From the NCBI GenBank assembly GCA_026416845.1, contig JAOAEL010000003.1, positions 78,047 to 142,046 of the forward strand: DNA of 64,000 nt. The letters are read 5' to 3'. The DNA is from Patescibacteria group bacterium. GTDB lineage: Bacteria > Patescibacteriota > Microgenomatia > UBA8517. Below are positions 1 through 9,040 of this stretch, piece by piece (the first letter of the stretch is position 1; each line of letters begins with the position of its first letter). The notes under the pieces are model-generated. The model had not been told where the DNA came from. It saw only the letters and a list, made by a program, of their open reading frames with translations, and made no database searches. The translations under genes were made by a program, and so were the position numbers.

Positions 1-1974
1 TTTCGAGTTAAATGACGTATCTTTATTTAACATCCGTTCTTCAAAAATTTTATTTAACTGACTATTAATTCCTGTTGTTCCATCATGTGTTTCATAAGCT
101 AAATACCAACTTCTAGCATATTTCGCCAAAGCAAATACAGATCCTAAAACTGGATGATCAGCATAAATCAAATTTAGATCTGGCCTTGAGGTTAAAATTG
201 GCAATTTTCCTTGAGAATGAAGAATTTGATTTAGCTTTTTCAAAGAATCTTCACTTGCCATAAATTTAAGAAGCTTCCACGAAATATCAACACTAGCACT
301 TCTTTCGTAAACACTATATACCCAATATGTTGCATAGGAATAAACTGGATCTGTTGGCCTTTCAGGTTGAACTTGCGGCAAGGGAACTGTTTTAAACTTT
401 AAATTTGGATTCGATTGCACAATTTCTTGAGCCTTTCTTGTTGGTCCAAAGTACATAGCTAGTTGGTTTTTCGAAAAAGCAATTGTAGAGTTTGGCATAC
501 TTGAGTTCCACACACCTCTATTTTCATGAAAGTATTTGTAAAAATTAAATACATCAATCATTGATTGAGAATCTAAATTGGAAAAATCAACTCTATTTTG
601 GTACATCATTAAACCAATAATCTCAGGCCAATAGTCAACATTGCTGGTTATTCCAAAAGCAACAGGAGACTGCAGTATTTTTTTGCTTTGGGGATCAACT
701 TGAAACAATATACCACTATCAACTAATGATTGGAAATCGCTCCAATATTTAGGCGGCTCAAGAGACGCGGCTGTAAAAACATCGGTGTTAATGTACAAAG
801 TCAATGCGTCATAAACAAGCGGTATGGCAATCACGCCTTTTTTCGTAACTAAATCTGAAGTCATTATAGGATAAAAAGATGAGTTAAATTGGCTCTTTGT
901 CATTATCGATTCGGGCAATGAAGATAAATACGGAGTAAACATCACTGGCCATGTGTTGTGAATTTCAAAAATATCAGGACCTTTTCCTGATGCAAGTGCA
1001 TTTATCAATCTTTCTCTATAGTCTTTTGGAGATTGTTTAATATAAGTGACATCAACATCAGGATTTTCGCTTTCAAATTGCTCAATTAATGGCAACAAAA
1101 CCGATTCGTCCATTGTTAGCCCCCACCAAACTATCTTTCCAGCATCGCCAACAGTTTTTGTCTGACTAGAGTTTCTGTATAAAACAAAACCAACTACAGC
1201 CACAAATAAAACCAAAACAAAACCTAATAAAATAAATAAAACAAATTTCGGAAATGGTCTGTTTGCAGACTTTTGAGTCATTAAATCAGTAGCTTGGGGC
1301 GTTGGAGGTCCGGATTGAGCTATTTGTTGAATGTTTTCACTTTGCAAACCTTCTTTTAGATTATTCTGGGGAAGATTGGTGTTAAAACCTGACTGTAAAT
1401 CTGCCAAATTTTCTTTTTTGCTATCCTTAATTGGGGCATCAAGACCAACGTCTAAAGAACTAGGTACGTTGACATTCGATGCGCTATCTGCTTGACTGTT
1501 GTTTCGTTTGATCAAATTACTATAATCGTTAGAAAAGCTTGGTAAATTTGAGACACTTTGATCTTGCTGAATTTTTTCTTCTAATATATCAAGCAAATTT
1601 TTGCCTTCCTGATTAACCAAAGAGTCGTCAGAATTATTAGACACATCATTCCCTAAAGCAACTTTCTCTTGACTAACAGGTGGCTCATTATTTGTATAAT
1701 TTGTATCGTTTGAAATATCAACTTGCGTTTTGTCTTCCAAAAAAACTGGCTGATCTGGTTGAACATTTGTACCGACTGATTGATAAACTGTTTGCGAAGA
1801 AGACAATAAATTTTCATTAACATTTTTTACACTTTCAACCTCTAAAGGCGAACTTGCTCCCGTGTCAACATTTGTCACAATAGGATCGCTAGCGAAATTG
1901 GCTCCAACATTGACAGGAGGATCGTCGCTGGGGAAAAAATTATTCTGCACATTTTGTTTGTTTTGATCATCCAT
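1..1974 (-). CDS. ABC transporter substrate-binding protein (family 1, sugar-type). Partial: the 3' end runs off the window start. Long Q/N/S-rich N-terminal extension, then a TM anchor.
   Basis: Hand translation of the minus strand from ATG (complement of 1972-1974) stays open to position 1 (the frame checks at both ends). After a low-complexity N-terminus there is a hydrophobic segment (PKFVLFILLGFVLVLFVAVVGFVL). Then an SBP_bac_1-like region: KIVWWGLTMDE..FESENPDVDVTYIKQSPKDYRERL..ASGKGPDIFEIHNTW. It is absent from the ORF track because it is edge-truncated. Confidence 0.55.
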   Translation of the reverse strand, partial: MDDQNKQNVQNNFFPSDDPPVNVGANFASDPIVTNVDTGASSPLEVESVKNVNENLLSSSQTVYQSVGTNVQPDQPVFLEDKTQVDISNDTNYTNNEPPVSQEKVALGNDVSNNSDDSLVNQEGKNLLDILEEKIQQDQSVSNLPSFSNDYSNLIKRNNSQADSASNVNVPSSLDVGLDAPIKDSKKENLADLQSGFNTNLPQNNLKEGLQSENIQQIAQSGPPTPQATDLMTQKSANRPFPKFVLFILLGFVLVLFVAVVGFVLYRNSSQTKTVGDAGKIVWWGLTMDESVLLPLIEQFESENPDVDVTYIKQSPKDYRERLINALASGKGPDIFEIHNTWPVMFTPYLSSLPESIMTKSQFNSSFYPIMTSDLVTKKGVIAIPLVYDALTLYINTDVFTAASLEPPKYWSDFQSLVDSGILFQVDPQSKKILQSPVAFGITSNVDYWPEIIGLMMYQNRVDFSNLDSQSMIDVFNFYKYFHENRGVWNSSMPNSTIAFSKNQLAMYFGPTRKAQEIVQSNPNLKFKTVPLPQVQPERPTDPVYSYATYWVYSVYERSASVDISWKLLKFMASEDSLKKLNQILHSQGKLPILTSRPDLNLIYADHPVLGSVFALAKYARSWYLAYETHDGTTGINSQLNKIFEERMLNKDTSFNSK

Positions 1975-2083
1975 ATAATTTAGTTAAAAACTATAAAAAT
2001 AAAAAATCTAAACAAATAAGTCTATGCAATAGTAATCTTACCATATTCATTATGTCCAAGTATTCAGATAAAATAGCTACAAT

Positions 2084-3856
2084 TTGAGCATGAAAAAATC
2101 AAGATTAATATTAACCAAAAACACAATCTTTGCGCCAATTTTGTTTTTCTTGTGTCTCTCTATTGTTTTTATGACAACGGCAGTCTTTTATGTTAACTTA
2201 TACATCTCTTCTTACTTTTTGCCAAATTCTTACATAGGAACCGTAAATGTCAGCAGTTTAAATTATGAAGAAGCAGTAAAAAAAATTGAAGAATATTATC
2301 AAAATAAACAATACTTAACTATTTTGGTTAATGAGCAAAAATACACAATCTCAAAAGAAGAAATAAATCTCAACATAAATTACGACTCATCTGTTAAAAA
2401 TGCCTTAAATTCACAAAAAAATAAAGGCTTTTGGAATGCGATAAAAACAAACCTAAGCTCTTTGAAAAATTACCAAAATTACAATATTTTCTATTACCTA
2501 GATGAAAATTACTTAAACACGTTTATAGATATTGTTTACAACCAGTCAACAGTTGAGCCAATTAGTCCCATTCTTTATTTGGAGAATAATGTTATAACAA
2601 TCAAAGACGGGAAAATAGGAAAAACTTTTAACAAACAAGAAGTTTATGAAAATCTTGTAAACAACATTAAATCGGGCAGTTTGCTACCAGTGCAAGTGAA
2701 ACCAATAACAATTGATCCTAGAATTGGCGAAAACAAAAAGCAAGAAATCATTGCAACTGGACAAAAACTAATAGGAAAAAGTGTTATATTATTAAACGAA
2801 AACACAAAAATTGTTATAAAAGATAGTGAACTTGTCAGTTTTTTGGGATTTGATAAAAAATATGACTTAAAGAAAATAGAAAATTATATACGAGAAAATG
2901 TCGTGCCAGTTTTAAACAAAAATCCGCAAAACGCAACACTTGAAATAGAAAATGGAAAAGTGGTGAAATTTACACCTTCACAAGATGGTTATATAGTTAT
3001 AGAAAAGTTGCTTGCAGAAGATATCATAAGACTAATTTCGCAATTAGAATTTTCAGAAGAAAAATCCCTAACCACATCAATTCCGTTGCAAAAAAAACAA
3101 GCTGACATTAAAACAGAAAACACAAACAGTCTTGGGATAAAAGAACTTATTGGCAGAGGAAAATCCTCATTTAAGGGATCAATACCCGGAAGAATCCACA
3201 ATATAGAACTTGCATCTTCAAAACTTCACGGAATACTTATAGCGCCAGAGGAAACATTGTCTTTTAACAGTATCTTGGGTGATGTTTCAAAATATAGCGG
3301 ATATAAGCAAGCATATATTATTCGCAATGGCAAAACAATTTTGGGAGACGGAGGAGGAGTATGCCAAGTCTCCACTACATTATTTAGAGCAGTATTAAAC
3401 GCTGGACTACCAGTAATTGAAAGGTCTCATCACTCCTACCGAGTTGGTTATTACGAACAAGATTCCCCTCCTGGACTTGACGCAACTGTCTTTGCGCCAA
3501 CTACAGACTTTAAATTTAAAAACGACACAAAACATTATATCCTTGTGCAGGTTTTGTTTGACGCAAAATCAAAAACTTTGACATTTGATCTTTATGGAAC
3601 CAAAGATGGCAGGGTTGTTGAACTAACAAAACCTGTTATTAAAAGTTCTTCTCCTCCACCTGAAGATTTATACATAGATGATCCAAATTTGCCAATAGGA
3701 GAAATAAAACAAATTGAACATAAAGCATGGGGCGCAAAAGTCGTATTTGATTACACGGTAACCAAACCAAACGAAGAGCCGGTAAAAACTACTTTTGTAT
3801 CTAATTATCGCCCATGGGGAGCTGTTTTTATGAAAGGCACAAAACAGTTAAACTAG
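2084..3856 (+). CDS. VanW family protein (N-terminal TM anchor plus C-terminal VanW domain)
   Basis: 590-aa ORF. N-terminal hydrophobic helix. C-terminal region contains the VanW-like motif KTILGDGGGVCQVSTTLFRAVLNAGLPVIERSHHSYRVGYY. Confidence 0.7.
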   Translation: MSMKKSRLILTKNTIFAPILFFLCLSIVFMTTAVFYVNLYISSYFLPNSYIGTVNVSSLNYEEAVKKIEEYYQNKQYLTILVNEQKYTISKEEINLNINYDSSVKNALNSQKNKGFWNAIKTNLSSLKNYQNYNIFYYLDENYLNTFIDIVYNQSTVEPISPILYLENNVITIKDGKIGKTFNKQEVYENLVNNIKSGSLLPVQVKPITIDPRIGENKKQEIIATGQKLIGKSVILLNENTKIVIKDSELVSFLGFDKKYDLKKIENYIRENVVPVLNKNPQNATLEIENGKVVKFTPSQDGYIVIEKLLAEDIIRLISQLEFSEEKSLTTSIPLQKKQADIKTENTNSLGIKELIGRGKSSFKGSIPGRIHNIELASSKLHGILIAPEETLSFNSILGDVSKYSGYKQAYIIRNGKTILGDGGGVCQVSTTLFRAVLNAGLPVIERSHHSYRVGYYEQDSPPGLDATVFAPTTDFKFKNDTKHYILVQVLFDAKSKTLTFDLYGTKDGRVVELTKPVIKSSSPPPEDLYIDDPNLPIGEIKQIEHKAWGAKVVFDYTVTKPNEEPVKTTFVSNYRPWGAVFMKGTKQLN

Positions 3857-3917
3857 AAACTTAAAATCAATATTTCCAATACCAAATTCACAAACCTTTT
3901 TTTGTTTCATTTAGCTT

Positions 3918-5051
3918 ATGAGAATTTTAGGAATAGAAACAACATGCGACGAAACAAGTGTTTCGGTGGTCGAAAACGGCACTTTGGTTATTAGTAATAT
4001 AGTTGCCACATCCTCTGATTTACATGCCAAAAGCGGAGGTATAATTCCCGAACAAGCCGCAAGAAAACAAATAGAATACATCATTCCTGTACTTGAGCAG
4101 TGCTTAGAACAAACATCTAAAGCCTTAAAATTGAAATTCAATCAAACAAAAAAAAGGCAAATTTCTGAAATTTTAAATTCCACAATCGATGCCATAGCTG
4201 TTGCTGTAGGGCCCGGATTAATTGGGTCTTTATTAGTTGGTGTTGAAACTGCAAAAACAATTGCCTTTGTAACAGGCAAACCAATTATTCCTATAAACCA
4301 CTTAGTGGCACACATATATGCAAACTGGATAACCGAAAGCACAACATCACCGTACAAAACAACAAATTCACACATACACAAACCTAAAGGACATAGCGTG
4401 CCTGAATTGCCGGCAATAGCTCTTGTTGTTAGCGGCGGACACACTGATTTGGTTTATATGAAAAATCACGGAAAAATTGAATGGATTGGAGGAACAAAAG
4501 ACGATGCGGCCGGTGAAGCATTTGATAAAACAGCACGATTGTTAGGATTACCTTATCCTGGAGGAGTGTATTTATCCAGATTAGCAGATGAATATTTGTC
4601 AATACCTCAAAATAAACACAACAAACTTAATCTCTTCCCACGTCCTATGATCGAAAGTAAAAATTTTGATTTTAGTTTTTCCGGATTAAAGACTGCTGTG
4701 TTAAGAAAAATACAAGACAAAGACAATAAAATGACAAAATCTGAACTGGCGGCACAAATACAAGAGGCAATAGTTGAATCTCTTGTCTACAAAACACTTA
4801 AAACAATTGAAAAATACAAACCAAAATCATTAATCATAGGAGGCGGCGTATCGGCGAATAAACGCCTAAGAGAAATGTTTGTAAATCAAATTTCCACAAG
4901 TTATCCACATGTAAAATTTTTTGCTCCGATACCTAAATATTCAACCGACAACGCCGCATCAATTGCGGCCTGCGCATACTTTAACTATAAACCAACGCAA
5001 TGGAAACTTATAAATGCAAATTCAAGCCTGACAATTGCTGGAGAAAAGTAA
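3918..5051 (+). CDS. tsaD: tRNA N6-adenosine threonylcarbamoyltransferase TsaD (Kae1/YgjD family)
   Basis: MRILGIETTCDETSVSVV.. N-terminus. VVSGGHTDL and GxPYPGG motifs are typical of the Kae1/TsaD/ASKHA fold. Carries a ~25-aa insertion relative to E. coli TsaD. Confidence 0.9.
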   Translation: MRILGIETTCDETSVSVVENGTLVISNIVATSSDLHAKSGGIIPEQAARKQIEYIIPVLEQCLEQTSKALKLKFNQTKKRQISEILNSTIDAIAVAVGPGLIGSLLVGVETAKTIAFVTGKPIIPINHLVAHIYANWITESTTSPYKTTNSHIHKPKGHSVPELPAIALVVSGGHTDLVYMKNHGKIEWIGGTKDDAAGEAFDKTARLLGLPYPGGVYLSRLADEYLSIPQNKHNKLNLFPRPMIESKNFDFSFSGLKTAVLRKIQDKDNKMTKSELAAQIQEAIVESLVYKTLKTIEKYKPKSLIIGGGVSANKRLREMFVNQISTSYPHVKFFAPIPKYSTDNAASIAACAYFNYKPTQWKLINANSSLTIAGEK

Positions 5052-5062
5052 TTAAATTAAAA

Positions 5063-5699
5063 ATGCAAATTATTAAAGTTAATATAAAAAATCCCGATCC
5101 ACAAATTATCCACAAAGCCACCTGTGTCTTAGAAAACAAAGGAGTGGTAGTTTACCCAACCGACACCGCTTACGGAATTGGAGTTAACGCGTTTGAAGAA
5201 GAGGCAATAAAAAAACTATATAAGTTAAAGGGAAGAGATTTTAGCAAACCAACACACGTTGTAGTAAAAAAACTGGAAAATGATTAAAAAAATAGCATAT
5301 ACAAATGGATTGGCAAGAAAATTTTACGACAAATTTCTACCGGGACCACTAACTATTATTTTAACTAAGAAAAACTTAATTCCGGATATTTTAACAGCCA
5401 AAACAAAAACAATTGGTATACGTATACCAAAGTGCAATGTTACCAAAATGTTAAGTTCACACTTAAAACTTCCATATACTACTCCGTCGGCAAACAGGTC
5501 AGGAGAGAAAACACCCTATTCTATCGAGGAAGTTGCCAGTGTTCTTGATTTATCGCAAGTTGATTTAGTTTTAGATGGTGGTAAATTACCCAATGTGCCA
5601 CCATCAACCATTGTTGATTTAACCTCAAATGAAATAAAAATTATAAGAGAAGGTGCCTTAAGTTTAGAAATACAAAAATTTATAAAGGATGAATTGTAA
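5063..5699 (+). CDS. tsaC: L-threonylcarbamoyladenylate synthase TsaC/YrdC. Reading frame is interrupted (+1 shift) at an A-homopolymer around 5268-5292. Annotated as two ORFs in the track (5000-5287 and 5280-5699).
   Basis: ORF1 carries the YrdC N-terminal motifs (KGVVVYPTDTAYGIGVNAFEEEAIKKLYKLKGR..KPTHVVV). ORF2 continues with the YrdC middle and C-terminal motifs (KIAYTNGLARKFYDKFLPGPLTIIL..IGIRIP..TPSANRSGEKTP). Deleting one A in the A7 run merges the frames. The first ATG that fits YrdC is at 5063. Confidence 0.6.
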
Positions 5700-6043
5700 A
5701 AAATATCAATAGATTTAATTAAAATACTTTTCCTACATATTAAAAAAACAACTAATCAAAAAAATTTAAATCTTGAAATTTTATTTTTTGTGTTAAAATA
5801 GCCCTAAATGCATTCGTCTTTCAAGGCGAGTGGTTTAGTTAGTCCCTAAACCATTAAACATTTAAGTTTAATAAGCTTAAATGTTTTTTGCTCTGCGCTG
5901 AATTGAAACTTAAGCACAGCGGGTTTGCCCGTTATAGCATAAAAAATTGAGTACAAGCCTTTGGTGGTACCTCCGTCTCTTCAAGATGGCCAATGGTGGG
6001 TTTTGCTAAAATTCAATAAATCTTTCACCTAAGTAGAAATTAT

Positions 6044-8176
6044 TTGAAAATGGAAAAAGCATACGACCATACAAAGTACGAGTCAAAAATTTATCAATTG
6101 TGGGAGCTATCTAACGCATTTTCGCCAATAGTTCCAAAATCCAAAAACGAACGTTTGCTTGCTAAACCGTTTTGTATAATAATGCCACCTCCAAATGCAA
6201 ATGATCCGCTTCATATAGGACACGCAAGATTTGTTGCTATAGAGGACATACTTATCCGTTATCACAGAATGAAAGGCGAAGTCACACTTTGGTTGCCAGG
6301 ATCTGATCATGCAGGCATTGAAACTCAATTTGTCTTTGAAAAAAAACTAAAAGAACAGGGAAAATCACGATTCGACTTTGACAGAGACACTCTTTATAAA
6401 ATGATCATGGAATATGTGCAGACAAACACAAAAACTATGCATAATCAATTACGACAACTTGGCGCATCATGCGACTGGAGCAGGCACAAATTTACATTAG
6501 ATCCAGATATCGTCCAATTTGTGCTAAACACTTTCAAAAAACTTTACGATGAAGGATATATCTACAGAGGCAAACGAATTGTAAATTATTGCCCATATTG
6601 TGGAACAAATTTTTCCGAGCTGGAAGTTGATTACAAAGAAACAGAAGATGAAATTTATTATCTAAATTACGGGATAATTAACATCGCGACAACTCGTCCT
6701 GAAACAATATTTGCCGATGTCGCCGTTGCCGTCAACCCAAATGACAAAAAATACTCTTCTTTAATTGGAAAAATAGCAGTTATCCCAATCATAAAAAGAG
6801 AGGTGCCAATTATCGCAGATGTATTAGTAGATCCTAATTTTGGAACAGGAGCGCTTAAAATTACACCAGCTCACAGCGCAACCGATTTTGACATTGGTAT
6901 CAAGCACAAACTGCCAATAATTTCTGTTTTGGATGATCAAGGCAATATGACCAATTGCCCGGTTGAATATTTAGGCTTAAAAGCAAATCAAGCTCGCAAG
7001 AAAGTGGTAGAAGACCTTGAAACTCAAGGATATTTAATCAAAAAAGAATTGATAAATCACACTGTTGGACATTGCTACAGGTGCAAAGGAACTATTGAAC
7101 CTAAAGTTTCAGAGCAGTGGTTTGTTAAAATAAAAGAATTGTCTCAAAAAGCAATCAAATTAATTAAAGACAAAGAAATAGTTTTCCCAAGTCGCAAGTA
7201 TGAAAAGTTTGCTAAAAATTGGCTTAAAAATTTGCGTGACTGGAATATAAGTCGTCAAATAGTTTGGGGCATTCAAATACCTGCCTTTAGATGCCAAAAA
7301 TGCCTTGAGTGGACTATCACAAACGGAGGAACACCACAAAATTGCCATTTTTGCAAACACGACAAATTCATCCAAGACCAAGACACATTTGACACATGGT
7401 TTTCTTCTGGACAATGGCCTTATGCAACATTAAAAACAACAAATCCAGGTGATTTTGATTTTTTCTACCCAACCACAATTATGAATAGTTCATATGACAT
7501 TATTCCTTTTTGGATAATCAGAATGATAATGCTTGGCTTTTATGAAACTCAAAAACCGCCATTTAAAGTTGTCCTTGTCCATGGCTTGGTAAGAGACAAA
7601 CACGGAATAAAAATAAGCAAGAGCAAAGGCAACGTGATTGATCCTATTGAAATGGTTGAAAAATATGGATCAGATGCTTTAAGGATGGGGCTTGTTTGGG
7701 GCGCAAATTTGGACAATGACATATCTTTGTCTGAAGAAAATATTAAAGGGCAAAGAAACTTTTGTAATAAATTATGGAACATAAGCCGTTTTGTTCTGGC
7801 AACCATACCAAGTAAATCAATATACAAGTTTCAAAGTTCAAAACCAAAAACAAAAAACAACAGTGACAAAGAAATATTGAAAAAACTTGCAAATACTGTG
7901 AAAAAAGTTACAAAACTGCTAGATAAGTATCGTCTAAATGAAGCTGCAGAGACAATTTATAGCTTTATCTGGAAAGACTTTGCAAACGACTATTTAGAAA
8001 AGTCAAAATTAAGAAAAGTTGAAGCGCAACCTGTGCTAGAATATGTTCTTAGCATATCGCTTAAACTAGCTCATCCATTTATGCCGTTTGTGACTGAAAC
8101 CATTTGGCAAGAAATGCACAAGCACAGTTTAGAAAAAAACAACCTCCTCATTAACTCTTCTTGGCCAAAAGATTAA
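6044..8176 (+). CDS. valS: Valyl-tRNA synthetase, reduced form (710 aa; lacks the C-terminal coiled-coil extension)
   Basis: Class I aaRS HIGH motif PLHIGHA. KMSKS variant in HGLVRDKHGIKISKSKGNVIDP. ValRS-type blocks LWLPGSDHAGIETQ and VDPNFGTGALKITPAHSATDFDIG, plus GSDALRMGL after KMSKS. Confidence 0.85.
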   Translation: MKMEKAYDHTKYESKIYQLWELSNAFSPIVPKSKNERLLAKPFCIIMPPPNANDPLHIGHARFVAIEDILIRYHRMKGEVTLWLPGSDHAGIETQFVFEKKLKEQGKSRFDFDRDTLYKMIMEYVQTNTKTMHNQLRQLGASCDWSRHKFTLDPDIVQFVLNTFKKLYDEGYIYRGKRIVNYCPYCGTNFSELEVDYKETEDEIYYLNYGIINIATTRPETIFADVAVAVNPNDKKYSSLIGKIAVIPIIKREVPIIADVLVDPNFGTGALKITPAHSATDFDIGIKHKLPIISVLDDQGNMTNCPVEYLGLKANQARKKVVEDLETQGYLIKKELINHTVGHCYRCKGTIEPKVSEQWFVKIKELSQKAIKLIKDKEIVFPSRKYEKFAKNWLKNLRDWNISRQIVWGIQIPAFRCQKCLEWTITNGGTPQNCHFCKHDKFIQDQDTFDTWFSSGQWPYATLKTTNPGDFDFFYPTTIMNSSYDIIPFWIIRMIMLGFYETQKPPFKVVLVHGLVRDKHGIKISKSKGNVIDPIEMVEKYGSDALRMGLVWGANLDNDISLSEENIKGQRNFCNKLWNISRFVLATIPSKSIYKFQSSKPKTKNNSDKEILKKLANTVKKVTKLLDKYRLNEAAETIYSFIWKDFANDYLEKSKLRKVEAQPVLEYVLSISLKLAHPFMPFVTETIWQEMHKHSLEKNNLLINSSWPKD

Positions 8177-8179
8177 CAA

Positions 8180-8201
8180 AAAAGCAATTTTTGTGCTTTT
8201 T
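8180..8201. terminator. Candidate bidirectional intrinsic terminator between convergent valS and rplY
   Basis: aaaagca-atttttg-tgctttt hairpin followed by a T. Lies in the AT-rich convergent spacer. Confidence 0.3.
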
Positions 8202-8392
8202 CAATTTATTCTGAATTTTAAATTGTTGAAACAACAAAATATTTTTCAAAAGATATAAAAACAACTGAATTTTGTTGATTAAAAAGTACTTTTATCCAAT
8301 TTATTTAAAAAAACTTATCTTTATAAAAAAATATTAATACGATATACAAATTCAAATAAACTAAACTTAATAAATAATAAATATTTTTTCAT

Positions 8393-9040
8393 TTATTGTA
8401 TACTTTGTTCTTGTGGAAATTGAACATTTGACTCAGTATCAACAACCAAAGGCTTTTGTTCTTCGTTTTCTTCAATCTTAACTATCACCAATTCTGGATT
8501 TGAAATAACTTTAAATTTTTCATCTTGAAGCTTAATATCTTTAACACAAATTGATTGATTAATTTCAATTAAACTCGATATATCAATAATAAACTTTTCT
8601 GGCAAATCTGAAGGCAATGCCTCAACTTCAATTTCATTCAAACAAGAAACAACTATACCTAAACCTTGCTTTTCTGCTGGAGATTCACCTGTTAACTCAA
8701 TTGGCACTTTAGCTATTAATTTTTCTTTCAAATTTACTTGACGAAAATCAACATGAATAATCATCCCAGACACAGGATCATAAGAAACATTACTAATTAA
8801 AACAGGAATTATAAGATCTTCTACCTTCAAATCAACTAATCCTGTTTCACCAACCTGATTGTAAACATTTTTAAAATCCCTTAGATTAACAGAAACAGGG
8901 AAAGAGGACAAATCATTGCCAAAAATATTAGCCGGAATAATAGACCTTTCTCTTAATTTTTTAACTTTCCTTCCTAAAATATTTCTTTTTTGTACACTTA
9001 AAATTGGTCTAACTGTACTACTTATGGTATCGCTATTCAT
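8393..9040 (-). CDS. rplY: 50S ribosomal protein L25 / general stress protein Ctc
   Basis: L25/Ctc family pattern: RNILGRKVKKLRERSIIPANIFG..VNLRDFKNVY..GLVDLKVED..HVDFRQVNLKEKLIAKVPIELTGESPA. Confidence 0.85.
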   Translation of the reverse strand: MNSDTISSTVRPILSVQKRNILGRKVKKLRERSIIPANIFGNDLSSFPVSVNLRDFKNVYNQVGETGLVDLKVEDLIIPVLISNVSYDPVSGMIIHVDFRQVNLKEKLIAKVPIELTGESPAEKQGLGIVVSCLNEIEVEALPSDLPEKFIIDISSLIEINQSICVKDIKLQDEKFKVISNPELVIVKIEENEEQKPLVVDTESNVQFPQEQSIQ

